Notes under the pieces: generated by a model
What the model was told of the DNA's origin: nothing
Databases searched by the model: none
What the model saw: only the letters and a program-made list of their open reading frames with translations
Program-made: the position numbers and the translations under genes
From: Nitrospirae bacterium MYbin3
GTDB taxonomy: Bacteria; Nitrospirota; Thermodesulfovibrionia; Thermodesulfovibrionales; Dissulfurispiraceae
Direction of reading: 5' to 3'
Assembly: GCA_002753335.1 (NCBI GenBank)
Contig: PEAD01000019.1
Span: 1 to 58,523 of the forward strand
DNA length: 58,523 bases
In this document: one piece after another, positions 20,817 to 29,793 of the stretch
Numbering within the stretch: the first letter of the stretch is position 1
Layout: every line of letters starts with the position of its first letter

Positions 20817-20863
20817 AAAAAAATAGAGGAGCAGACTGTTTAAGTCTGCTCCTCTATTTTTTT
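20817..20863. terminator. Bidirectional rho-independent terminator
   Basis: Perfect 21-bp inverted repeat AAAAAAATAGAGGAGCAGACT-GTTTA-AGTCTGCTCCTCTATTTTTTT between convergent genes. Confidence 0.9.
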
Positions 20864-20883
20864 ATACATTCTACGAAACAAGT

Positions 20884-21195
20884 CTACATTTTATGGCATT
20901 TGCTGCAGTTGCTCATACCCTTTGAATCAAAAGCCATCTTTCCATTATGGCAGGCTCCGCAAAACTTGCCCTGATATATAGCCTCCATAGTCATCTTTGA
21001 GGCGCCCTTTTTCATCTCGAATATACCGCTATGGCAGTTATTGCAGTCCATACCTCTGTCGGCATGAAGCTTTCCGTCAATAGTGACATTGCCGAACTTC
21101 ATTACGTCTCCCGGCGGTACAGCCGATACGATAGAAGAAAAAACAACCAATGCCATAGATACAATTAAAATTCTGAATAACACTTTTATACTCAC
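20884..21195 (-). CDS. Periplasmic triheme c7-type cytochrome
   Basis: Signal peptide; three CxxCH motifs (CNNCH, CGACH, CSKCH); TM..I..GKFCGACHNGK.AF pattern. Confidence 0.88.
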   Translation of the reverse strand: MSIKVLFRILIVSMALVVFSSIVSAVPPGDVMKFGNVTIDGKLHADRGMDCNNCHSGIFEMKKGASKMTMEAIYQGKFCGACHNGKMAFDSKGMSNCSKCHKM

Positions 21196-21248
21196 CTCCT
21201 TTTAGCAGATATTTTAAAAAAATCACAGCTCAGTAATCAAATTCAACA

Positions 21249-22502
21249 TTAGTTTTTTAGAACCTGAACAAGAAGCGCTATGTTCAGACCTGAAACAATA
21301 AGCGCTGTAAGTCCAAGCATTATATTGTCCTTTAAGGAGTTTGCAAACCCGCCCATCACTTTTTTAGAGGAGGTTAGAAATATAAGGCCGAAGATCGACA
21401 AAGGAAGCTGTATGCTCAGCAGTATCTGGCTCCATATTATTCCCTGAAAAGGATCTTTAAGAAAGAATATCACCAAAAGCCCGCCAAGCACCGTCAACAG
21501 AACACCTGTTTTTGAGTGGCTGTCTTTTAGGTCAAAAGGTTCCATAAATATTCCTGCGTAAATGCTGCCGCCCGCCATCCCGGCAGTAACTGAAGATGAA
21601 AGCCCTGCCATTAAAAGGGCAACAGCAAACACAACTGCGGCCGGGTTTCCGATTAGGGGGCGCAAAGTCTCCTGTGCCTGCTGAAGCTCTGTTACAGCTA
21701 TTCCGCTGTTGAAAAAAACCGCTGCCGCTACAAGTATCATCGCGCTGTTTATCGCCCATCCGGTAAGCATAGCTGCCAATGTATCCAAAAACTCGTACTT
21801 GAGCTGGCGCTTAATTATCGACTCGCTCTCAAGGTTCCACTGCCTGCTTTGTATTACTTCGGAATGCAAAAAAAGATTGTGCGGCATAACCACCGCCCCA
21901 AGCACGCTCATAATTATTGGAAGTGAACCGGCAGGCATTGACGGCACAATCCAGCCTTTGCCGGCTTCGAGCCAGTTCAGATTAACAATGCTGAGCTCAA
22001 AGAGAAATGACAGTCCTATCAATGACACAAAGCCTATAATCCATTTCTCTATTTTTCTATAGCTGTTTGTCAAAAGCATCGTTAGGGTAAAGATTGAAGT
22101 GAGCACTGCTCCAATGTTAAGGGGCAGATTGAAAAGCATATTCAGCCCTATCGCACCGCCCAGAATTTCGGCAAGAGCGGTTGAAACACAGGCCAGCATT
22201 GCGCTCCCTAAAAACACGGTGCTTATCCATTTAGGAAAAAATTTGGCTGCAGCCTCAGATATGCACAATCCGGTTGCTATTCCTAAATGAGCTGCATTGT
22301 GCTGAAGAAGAATAAGCATACCAGTAGAAAGAGTGACCATCCATAAAAGAGAGTATCCGTATTGAGAGCCTGCCGCTATATTGGCTGCCCAGTTTCCGGG
22401 GTCTATAAAACCGACCGTCACCAGAAACCCCGGTCCTATGTACTTAAGTATCTCTCTGGCGCCAAAAACAGGCGAGTGTGGCAGATTCTTCATTAAAGGC
22501 AA
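21249..22502 (-). CDS. mntH: Nramp family divalent metal (Mn2+/Fe2+) transporter
   Basis: GFIDPGNW and MPHNLFLHS motifs; many hydrophobic segments. Confidence 0.9.
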   Translation of the reverse strand: MPLMKNLPHSPVFGAREILKYIGPGFLVTVGFIDPGNWAANIAAGSQYGYSLLWMVTLSTGMLILLQHNAAHLGIATGLCISEAAAKFFPKWISTVFLGSAMLACVSTALAEILGGAIGLNMLFNLPLNIGAVLTSIFTLTMLLTNSYRKIEKWIIGFVSLIGLSFLFELSIVNLNWLEAGKGWIVPSMPAGSLPIIMSVLGAVVMPHNLFLHSEVIQSRQWNLESESIIKRQLKYEFLDTLAAMLTGWAINSAMILVAAAVFFNSGIAVTELQQAQETLRPLIGNPAAVVFAVALLMAGLSSSVTAGMAGGSIYAGIFMEPFDLKDSHSKTGVLLTVLGGLLVIFFLKDPFQGIIWSQILLSIQLPLSIFGLIFLTSSKKVMGGFANSLKDNIMLGLTALIVSGLNIALLVQVLKN

Positions 22503-22512
22503 GGTGGACAGC

Positions 22513-23442
22513 CTAAGCCAATTTTATCTGATGCCAGCGCTGCACTATCCCGCCGCGCTTCAAATAGTTGAGAATATTTTCTTCAGAGTCGTTAATTATC
22601 CTGTTAAGATATTTTAAATTGTTTTTCATAGCGGTTTCGTAAAGGTTATCTTTTATCTGCCAGCGAGCCTTAAAATGATACTTCAGGTATTTGTCAACGC
22701 CTCCGAGGTTGTCGGACAATCGTTTTTTTGCGAAATCAAAAAAGCCGACCGTTTTCTTAAGCAAATCCAGCTCATCAGTAAAACCTGCTACATTGCCTTC
22801 TTGAAACTCTTTATACAAGTAAAGCAGTTTTTCGAGATACACCCTGTCTGCCATCTGCCCCACGAGATCGGCTGCAGCCAGCATCTTAGCAACATTTGCT
22901 ATTTCTTCGGTCTCGAATTTCATATCCTCTATCTTAGAGCTAAGGCTTGTAGCCATTATCATATCCGTACATTTCTCAACATAACCGACCGGACAACCTA
23001 TGCGAGAAAAATAATTTCTCATAAATTCTACGCTTCTCTCAACATGGCTGAGTGTGTATTTGCCGCCTGTTCCTGTACCATCATCTTTTTTCTGGATATA
23101 GCCTGCGTCATGCATCAGGGCGCTTATGAGCCCGAGCATTGCAGCCTCCTCAGAAATTTTGATTTTCTTTATCGCCGCCCCATGCAAAAGTCTTGCAAAA
23201 CAGAGCAAAACATCGGTGGTATGCATTAGGTCATGGTATTCGGTATTGCAGCTTTTGTAATCGTCCCATTTACCCTTGAAAAGATCAACGATATCGTAAT
23301 ATATTTTTTTAAAAACATCGTCGAAAAGTTTGCAGCCTGTTTTAGAATACATGAGAGAATTGATATGCCTGACCTCATCACAAACAGCCTTGGCGTCGTC
23401 CATATTTATAAGGTCTGAAAGGAGTTTTATGTCATTTGGCAT
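22513..23442 (-). CDS. HD-domain metal-dependent phosphohydrolase
   Basis: YHDLMHT.DV, LMHDAGY, AADL.GQM. Start reassigned to ATG 23442 (GAGGTG RBS), which removes the overlap with the PLD gene. Confidence 0.8.
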   Translation of the reverse strand: MPNDIKLLSDLINMDDAKAVCDEVRHINSLMYSKTGCKLFDDVFKKIYYDIVDLFKGKWDDYKSCNTEYHDLMHTTDVLLCFARLLHGAAIKKIKISEEAAMLGLISALMHDAGYIQKKDDGTGTGGKYTLSHVERSVEFMRNYFSRIGCPVGYVEKCTDMIMATSLSSKIEDMKFETEEIANVAKMLAAADLVGQMADRVYLEKLLYLYKEFQEGNVAGFTDELDLLKKTVGFFDFAKKRLSDNLGGVDKYLKYHFKARWQIKDNLYETAMKNNLKYLNRIINDSEENILNYLKRGGIVQRWHQIKLA

Positions 23443-23518
23443 ATACACCTCGTGTAGTTTTATAAAGAATATTCTATCATAATGAATTGTTTTTAAGTGC
23501 AAAGGAGCATGGATATAT

Positions 23519-25126
23519 ATGAAAGAACACGCCGAGAAATACGCAATTCCATCAGGCAAATGGATAGGAGCCAGAAGGTTCGTCACAAATCTGCAAAACT
23601 GGAAGATTTCTAACTTCCCCGGCGGCATATATTTTCTGACACAGGATGCGACAGTTGAGGAATTAAGGGTTATTCTGAATGTTTACAGAGAAGACAAATG
23701 CTGCGAAAGATTTATATCTGATGCGTATCCTAAAGATGGACCCTCTGGCAATTCAGGTATCTGGCACGCAGATCACCTGCCGATTTTCCCGTATGAAAGC
23801 CTGCATGGCAGAGTGACACATATCGCATTTGCCTATTTTATTCGCAGGGATGGCAAGGCAATTTCTTCAAAATATGAATATTATTTCGGTGTGCTCGAAG
23901 ATTTTTACAGGGAGAGAGTCCAGGAAGATGATTTCGACAATTCTCTTTTCAAAAAACTTAACGATTATACGCCTGAAACAGTTGATCGCCCTTCATTGCA
24001 AAAAGCTCTGGCAATAATTTATCGTAAAAAACAGCTTCCGGTGAAGCCGTTTTTTACGAGGGGCAATGCCTTCGATACGTCACATCCTGTGAACGAGATA
24101 CACAGGCTTATAGATTGGGTCATAAACAGAAAAGCAAAAGATCCTGATGGCAGACATTACATAAAGCTGGCCCTCTTTGATTTTGACAACCAGCATATTG
24201 CTGACCACCTTGTTTATGCTTTTCAAAAAGGAGTAGAGGTTGAGTGTGTAGGTGATTGGGCCTCTGTAAGCTCGATGAACTGTTCAGAATATATTGCAAC
24301 GCTTAGGCGTGCAGGCATCCCTATTTACGGGGTTGTCCGTAATACGCCGGGTGACCCGGCAGCCGGCATAGCAAGCATGCATACAAAAATAATAATCTTC
24401 GATGGAGAAGCAGCCCATTCTTCATCCTACAATCTTCACTTTCATCTTTGGGGGGGCAACTGGGAAAACGCCCTATTCTATTATTCAAAAGATTTTGCCT
24501 TGCTTTACGAAAGCATCTACAATTATGTCAAAGGCTCAGTTGTTCAGGAACTAAGCATAAAACCTCAGGCAAAGCACAACTCATATTATAGTTTTGGCAA
24601 GTATAATGCACACAAAAAAAATAGTGCTTTATTCAGGCCTCAAGATGCAATCCTAACAGAAATAACGGCAGCGCGCGAGTCTATAGTGGTCTGCATGTTT
24701 GACATGGATTTTCTTTCGGGCATTCCGCTTGGAGAAAAAAATGAGTCTGATGTTGTAAGCGCTCTTATCTCAGCTCGTGATAGGGGCGTGAAAGTAAAGG
24801 TTATATTAAACGGAATGATTGCGCATACAGGCAAGCTTCCTGAGGCATGGGACAAAAACTTCAAAAGACCTCTGAAAGAGCACGTAAAAAAACTCAGAGA
24901 CTCATGGATGGATGTTTCGCTCGTCTATTACCATGAGAGCATATATTCCCCGCTCCATCACAAGTTTGCGGTAATTGATTGTGAAACGGTCATCACCGGC
25001 TCATACAACTGGTACACTCACAGCATTTATTCGGACGAAATACTGACCGTACTAAGAGACAAAAAAATAGCGCTGGAGTTCCTCAATGAAGCACGGATAA
25101 TCTGCGAAAAGTTCAGGCTGGGGTAG
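23519..25126 (+). CDS. Phospholipase D superfamily protein with two HKD motifs
   Basis: MHTKIIIFD...SSYN and LHHKFAVID...GSYN; AAGGAG RBS. Confidence 0.85.
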   Translation: MKEHAEKYAIPSGKWIGARRFVTNLQNWKISNFPGGIYFLTQDATVEELRVILNVYREDKCCERFISDAYPKDGPSGNSGIWHADHLPIFPYESLHGRVTHIAFAYFIRRDGKAISSKYEYYFGVLEDFYRERVQEDDFDNSLFKKLNDYTPETVDRPSLQKALAIIYRKKQLPVKPFFTRGNAFDTSHPVNEIHRLIDWVINRKAKDPDGRHYIKLALFDFDNQHIADHLVYAFQKGVEVECVGDWASVSSMNCSEYIATLRRAGIPIYGVVRNTPGDPAAGIASMHTKIIIFDGEAAHSSSYNLHFHLWGGNWENALFYYSKDFALLYESIYNYVKGSVVQELSIKPQAKHNSYYSFGKYNAHKKNSALFRPQDAILTEITAARESIVVCMFDMDFLSGIPLGEKNESDVVSALISARDRGVKVKVILNGMIAHTGKLPEAWDKNFKRPLKEHVKKLRDSWMDVSLVYYHESIYSPLHHKFAVIDCETVITGSYNWYTHSIYSDEILTVLRDKKIALEFLNEARIICEKFRLG

Positions 25127-25151
25127 ATTTTTGAAACGTAGCACGGATTTT

Positions 25152-25802
25152 TCAGACAAACCATTTATTCATATAATCAATCGTTGTCTTGCTTATTTTC
25201 CGCGTATCCTTCCCGGTGTAAAGCCCTAATTTCAAAAGGCTTACGAGGTTTTCGTGAGTCACTTCCTCATAGAATTCGGTATAGCACGAACCTATTTCTG
25301 ACGGATAATGAGCGTCCGAACCACCGGTAAACGGGCATCCTATACGCTTTGCCGCCTCCACCGCCTTAAGATTGTAAGCCTGCATATTACAGCCGTTGTA
25401 GCCCTCGATGGCGCAGATACCGGACAATTTAAAAACAATGTCGTCAAGGCTGTTTACTTTTCTATAGGGATGAGAAGGAATTACAACACCGCCCAGATAA
25501 TTTACACTTTTAATAACATCGACTATCGGCGTATGTTTTTGAAGCAGTTTGTCGGTGTCAACTCCAAAAACAAGACAGTGCCCTTCTAGCGCCGAAAATT
25601 CAACCCCCCTAAATATCTTGATAACATCTTTGTATTTTTCTTTGAGCCGCTCGGCATGTTCGGAGGCCCCGTAAGAGTAATGCTCGGTAAAAGCCATACC
25701 GTCAAGTTTTTTTCTTATAGCTTCTATAACAATTTCTTCGGGATCCGCATTATTGTCACCGCTGAAATGCGAATGCGCATGAAGGTCTATCTTGAAGCTC
25801 AT
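25152..25802 (-). CDS. PHP domain protein
   Basis: IDLHAHS, FTEH, GVEF, SHPYR, GGSDAH. Confidence 0.9.
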   Translation of the reverse strand: MSFKIDLHAHSHFSGDNNADPEEIVIEAIRKKLDGMAFTEHYSYGASEHAERLKEKYKDVIKIFRGVEFSALEGHCLVFGVDTDKLLQKHTPIVDVIKSVNYLGGVVIPSHPYRKVNSLDDIVFKLSGICAIEGYNGCNMQAYNLKAVEAAKRIGCPFTGGSDAHYPSEIGSCYTEFYEEVTHENLVSLLKLGLYTGKDTRKISKTTIDYMNKWFV

Positions 25803-28051
25803 GCAGAAATGCAGTCTAAGCTTATTTTCCCCTCTTTAAAATCTATCTGCGCTTTTCCGCCGCGCATAAGTTTTCCGAACAGCACCTCTTCAGTAAGGCT
25901 GTCCTTGACCTCTTCCTGTATAACTCTCGCAAGCGGACGGGCGCCGAATTTAGGGTCAAAGCCCTTTTGGGCAAGCCATTCCCTTGCGCTGGCAGAAAGC
26001 GATATTTCGACCTTCTTATCGTTCAACTGTCCCTGAAGCTCAGAGATAAACTTATTCACCACCTGCTGCATTATCTCGACAGTAAGCTGGTTAAACTGTA
26101 TGATAGCGTCAAGCCTGTTCCTGAACTCCGGGCTGAAAAGCCTTTTTACTGCATCGGTACCCTTTGCCTGAGTATCGCTGCTTCTGTCTCCGAAGCCGAT
26201 AGTGCTTCTGTCCATATCCTGTGCCCCTGCATTTGAGGTCATAACCAGAATCACGTTTCTAAAGTCAGCCTTTTTGCCGTTGTTGTCGGTGAGTGTCGCA
26301 TAATCCATTACCTGCAACAGCAGGCTGAATATATCGGGATGCGCCTTTTCTATCTCGTCCATCAAAATCACGCTGTACGGATGTTTGCGAACCGAATCGG
26401 TCAGGAGCCCCGCCTGATCAAATCCAACATATCCTGGAGGCGCTCCAATAAGCCTTGCCACAGTATGTTTTTCCATATATTCGCTCATGTCAAAACGAAT
26501 AAATTTTACACCGAGTATATTTGCGAGCTGTTTTGAAACCTCGGTCTTACCAACACCAGTCGGGCCGGTAAAGAGAAAAGAGCCGACAGGTTTTTCAGGA
26601 CTGCCCAGCCCAGCCCTTGACCTTTTGATAGCCGAAGCAAGGGAATGAATAGCGCCGTCCTGCCCGAAAACAACCGACTTCAGTTCGTTTTCAAGCGTCT
26701 TGAGCTTTTCGATGTCATTTGTGGATACGGTGCGAGGCGGTATTTTAGCAATATCGGCCACAACCTTTTCGACCTCGATATTGCCCACAGTCTTCTTGAG
26801 CTTGTATTGCGGAGAAAGTTTAAGCCGCGCTCCTGCTTCGTCAATAACGTCAATCGCCTTGTCAGGCAGAAATCTGTCGTTGATGTATTTTGAGGCAAGC
26901 TCTGCAGCTGTCTTTATCGCTCCTGAAGTGTAGTGAACACCATGAAATTTTTCATAATAGGATTTCAGCCCTTTAAGAATATTGATAGTTTCATTTACAG
27001 CAGGCTCCTGAATCTCTATCTTCTGGAAGCGCCTCGAAAGCGCCCTGTCTTTTTCAAAATGATTTTTGAACTCCTCGTACGTGCTCGCCCCGATGCAGCG
27101 CATTCTGCCTGAATTGAGCACAGGCTTAAGTATATTCGAGGCATCCATGGACCCGCCTGATGTTGCACCGGCTCCGACTATGGTGTGTATCTCGTCAATA
27201 AACAGAATCGCCCCATCTATCTTTTCAACCGCCGCTATCGTGGCTTTAAGACGAGCCTCAAAATCACCCCGGTATTTGGTGCCTGCCAAAATAGAGCCCA
27301 TGTCAAGAGAGAATATGCGGGAAGCATTCAGGGCAGCAGGCACCTCGCCCTTATGCATTTTAAGCGCAAGGCCTTCAACTATAGCTGTCTTGCCCACACC
27401 AGGCTCGCCAACAAAAATAACATTGTTCTTTCTGCGCCTGCTTAAAACCTGAATAGTTCTTTTTATCTCGGATTCTCTGCTCACAAGAGGGTCTATCTGT
27501 CCGCTCTTTGCTTTTTCGATAAGGTCAACGGTAAAGGCCTGAAGCGGGTCTTTACCCTGTTTTTTCTCATGCTTAATGCCGGGGTCGGTTTCTGTGGCTC
27601 CAGAAGATGGATCGGTGTTGTATTTTGATATGCCATGCGATATGAAGTTCAGAACATCTATCCGTGTTATGCCCTCGTTTTTAAGCAGATGTTCGGCATG
27701 AGATTCCTCTTCAAGAAAAATTGAAGCCAAGATATCGCCTGAATCAGCCTCAGGCTTTGCCGCTGACTTAACATGCAGCAGCGCTCTGCGTATCACCTTC
27801 TGAAAGGCTACTGTGGGCTGTGGCTGAGCCTTTTCGGACTGAGGTATCAGCGGTATGTGCCTGCTGAAGAACTCTTCGACATTCGCCTTAAGCCTCTCTA
27901 CATCACCTCCGCAGCCAATGATTATCTCGATGCCCCATTCATCATGGAGTATCGCGTACAGCAGATGCTCAACAGTAAGGTATTCATGGCGCCGCGTACT
28001 TGCGTCTTTTATTGTTGCTTCAATAGTGAGTTCAAGTTCTTTGTTTATCAT
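25799..28051 (-). CDS. clpA: ATP-dependent Clp protease ATP-binding subunit ClpA
   Basis: HEYLTVEHLL; two AAA modules (GEPGVGKT, GPTGVGKT); FSPEFRNRLD; ATGA overlap with clpS gives a start at 28051. Confidence 0.96.
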   Translation of the reverse strand: MINKELELTIEATIKDASTRRHEYLTVEHLLYAILHDEWGIEIIIGCGGDVERLKANVEEFFSRHIPLIPQSEKAQPQPTVAFQKVIRRALLHVKSAAKPEADSGDILASIFLEEESHAEHLLKNEGITRIDVLNFISHGISKYNTDPSSGATETDPGIKHEKKQGKDPLQAFTVDLIEKAKSGQIDPLVSRESEIKRTIQVLSRRRKNNVIFVGEPGVGKTAIVEGLALKMHKGEVPAALNASRIFSLDMGSILAGTKYRGDFEARLKATIAAVEKIDGAILFIDEIHTIVGAGATSGGSMDASNILKPVLNSGRMRCIGASTYEEFKNHFEKDRALSRRFQKIEIQEPAVNETINILKGLKSYYEKFHGVHYTSGAIKTAAELASKYINDRFLPDKAIDVIDEAGARLKLSPQYKLKKTVGNIEVEKVVADIAKIPPRTVSTNDIEKLKTLENELKSVVFGQDGAIHSLASAIKRSRAGLGSPEKPVGSFLFTGPTGVGKTEVSKQLANILGVKFIRFDMSEYMEKHTVARLIGAPPGYVGFDQAGLLTDSVRKHPYSVILMDEIEKAHPDIFSLLLQVMDYATLTDNNGKKADFRNVILVMTSNAGAQDMDRSTIGFGDRSSDTQAKGTDAVKRLFSPEFRNRLDAIIQFNQLTVEIMQQVVNKFISELQGQLNDKKVEISLSASAREWLAQKGFDPKFGARPLARVIQEEVKDSLTEEVLFGKLMRGGKAQIDFKEGKISLDCISA

Positions 28052-28362
28052 TCTTTCTCCATAGAGCATTTTAACGGGAATTTGGTTTGAGCAGCCAGTT
28101 CGTGAACAGATGCTATCTTGGTCTCTGCAATATCTTTCGTGTAAATTCCGGCAAGCCCCCTACCGTTTTTATGAACATGAAGCATTATTCGCATAGCTTC
28201 GGGCGGCTGCTTGTGAAAAATCTTTTCGAGCACATGAATTACAAACTCCATAGTCGTATAATCGTCGTTGAGCAGAAAAACCCTGTACAGCGAAGGGGTC
28301 TTGGTGTCCTGCCGCTCTTTTGTTGCGGTATCTTCTGAATATTTTGGATTCACAGTACTCAT
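28048..28362 (-). CDS. clpS: Clp protease adaptor ClpS
   Basis: YRVFLLNDDYTTMEFV, MLHVH, IAETK, FPLKC. Confidence 0.97.
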   Translation of the reverse strand: MSTVNPKYSEDTATKERQDTKTPSLYRVFLLNDDYTTMEFVIHVLEKIFHKQPPEAMRIMLHVHKNGRGLAGIYTKDIAETKIASVHELAAQTKFPLKCSMEKE

Positions 28363-28493
28363 AGTATTTTCTATATTTTAACATGCCAACGATTTTACAG
28401 AGAACAAGAAAAAATATTTTGCGGCAATAAGCCGCTACCCTTGAATATGCTATTATGTGAGCATAACATCATAAAAAACCGGTTTTATAATCT

Positions 28494-29687
28494 ATGAACA
28501 AACGCATCTTTTCATGGTGTCTTTTTGATTTTGCTAATTCCAGCTACTCGGCCGTAATAGCCGCTGTAATATTCCCTGTTTATTACACCAACGTCGTTGT
28601 CGGCAACGATGCAGGGCAAGGCGACCTCTGGTGGGGGCGGGCAATTTCCCTAAGCATGGCTATAGTGGCTTTAACATCACCTATCCTGGGCCGTCTGGCC
28701 GACTATTCAGGCCTCAGGAAAAAACTGCTCGGCCTTTACACTTTAATCTGCGCACTAGCCGTAGCGTCCTTATCGCTAATAGAAAAGGGAATGTTTCCCG
28801 AAGGATTTGTCCTTATAGTCATAGCCAATATCGGTATGGAGGGCGGGCTCGTTTTTTACAACTCATTCCTTCCTGTAATAGCCTCGCCTTCTGTTCAGGG
28901 AAGAGTCTCTGCATGGGGCTTCGCAATAGGCTATGCCGGCTCTATACTCTCGCTGATTTTTGCGCTGCTGCTCATCAAACAAAATCTGCTCAACTACGTT
29001 TGGCCTATGGTCTCTGCCTTCTTCATAATCTTTGCGCTGCCTTCATTTTTACTGCTGCCGACAGATGAACGGATTAAGCGGAATATGCCGCCAATCCTGT
29101 ATTCATTCAAAAAAATATTGAAAGAAAGAGAGGTAAGAAAGTTTCTCCTATCCTACCTCATTTATGAGGATGGGGTTAACACCGTAATAGTATTTTCGAG
29201 CATTTTCGCAGCCACAACACTCAAATTTTCGAGCGAAGAACTGATTATCCTTTATCTGCTCGTGCAGGTTACTGCCTTATCAGGTGCATTCGGTTTCGCA
29301 AAGGCCATAGATACTGCAGGCCCAAAGAAAGTGGTAATGCTTTCACTGGTATTATGGACTGCGGTTTCTTTTGGAGCAGCATTTGTTCACCAAAAAACAG
29401 CGTTTATGATTATCGCGGCGATTGCCGGAATCGGATTGGGAACTGTGCAGGCGGCCAGCAGAGCGCTTTACTCACGTTTTATTCCCGAAGGGCATGAAGC
29501 CGAATATTTCGGTGTTTATTCTCTCGTGGGGAAATCTTCGGCGGTGGCAGGCCCTCTTGTCTTTGGAGTTCTATCATCATTATTCGGCAGCCAAAGGCCT
29601 GCTGTTCTTGCGATAGCTCTGTTTTTCGTATCCGGACTGCTTATATTAAACAGGGTCAAGACCGGCTCGCCAAACAAAATAATTTAA
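28494..29687 (+). CDS. MFS transporter (UMF1/ATG22-like)
   Basis: SWCLFDFANS, FYNSFLP, QAASRAL...EYFG.YSL.GK. Confidence 0.85.
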   Translation: MNKRIFSWCLFDFANSSYSAVIAAVIFPVYYTNVVVGNDAGQGDLWWGRAISLSMAIVALTSPILGRLADYSGLRKKLLGLYTLICALAVASLSLIEKGMFPEGFVLIVIANIGMEGGLVFYNSFLPVIASPSVQGRVSAWGFAIGYAGSILSLIFALLLIKQNLLNYVWPMVSAFFIIFALPSFLLLPTDERIKRNMPPILYSFKKILKEREVRKFLLSYLIYEDGVNTVIVFSSIFAATTLKFSSEELIILYLLVQVTALSGAFGFAKAIDTAGPKKVVMLSLVLWTAVSFGAAFVHQKTAFMIIAAIAGIGLGTVQAASRALYSRFIPEGHEAEYFGVYSLVGKSSAVAGPLVFGVLSSLFGSQRPAVLAIALFFVSGLLILNRVKTGSPNKII

Positions 29688-29793
29688 CAACTATCTTTTC
29701 GACCTGAATAGTGGTATGCTTTAGCATAACAGAAAATAGGCTATACCTCTTGGTATATAAAGTTCAAAAACATTCCCTACAAAGAGGTTTAGC

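Noticed and set aside
23443..23628. N-terminal extension of the HD protein in the ORF track
   Set aside because: It overlaps the divergent PLD gene; ATG 23442 has a good RBS
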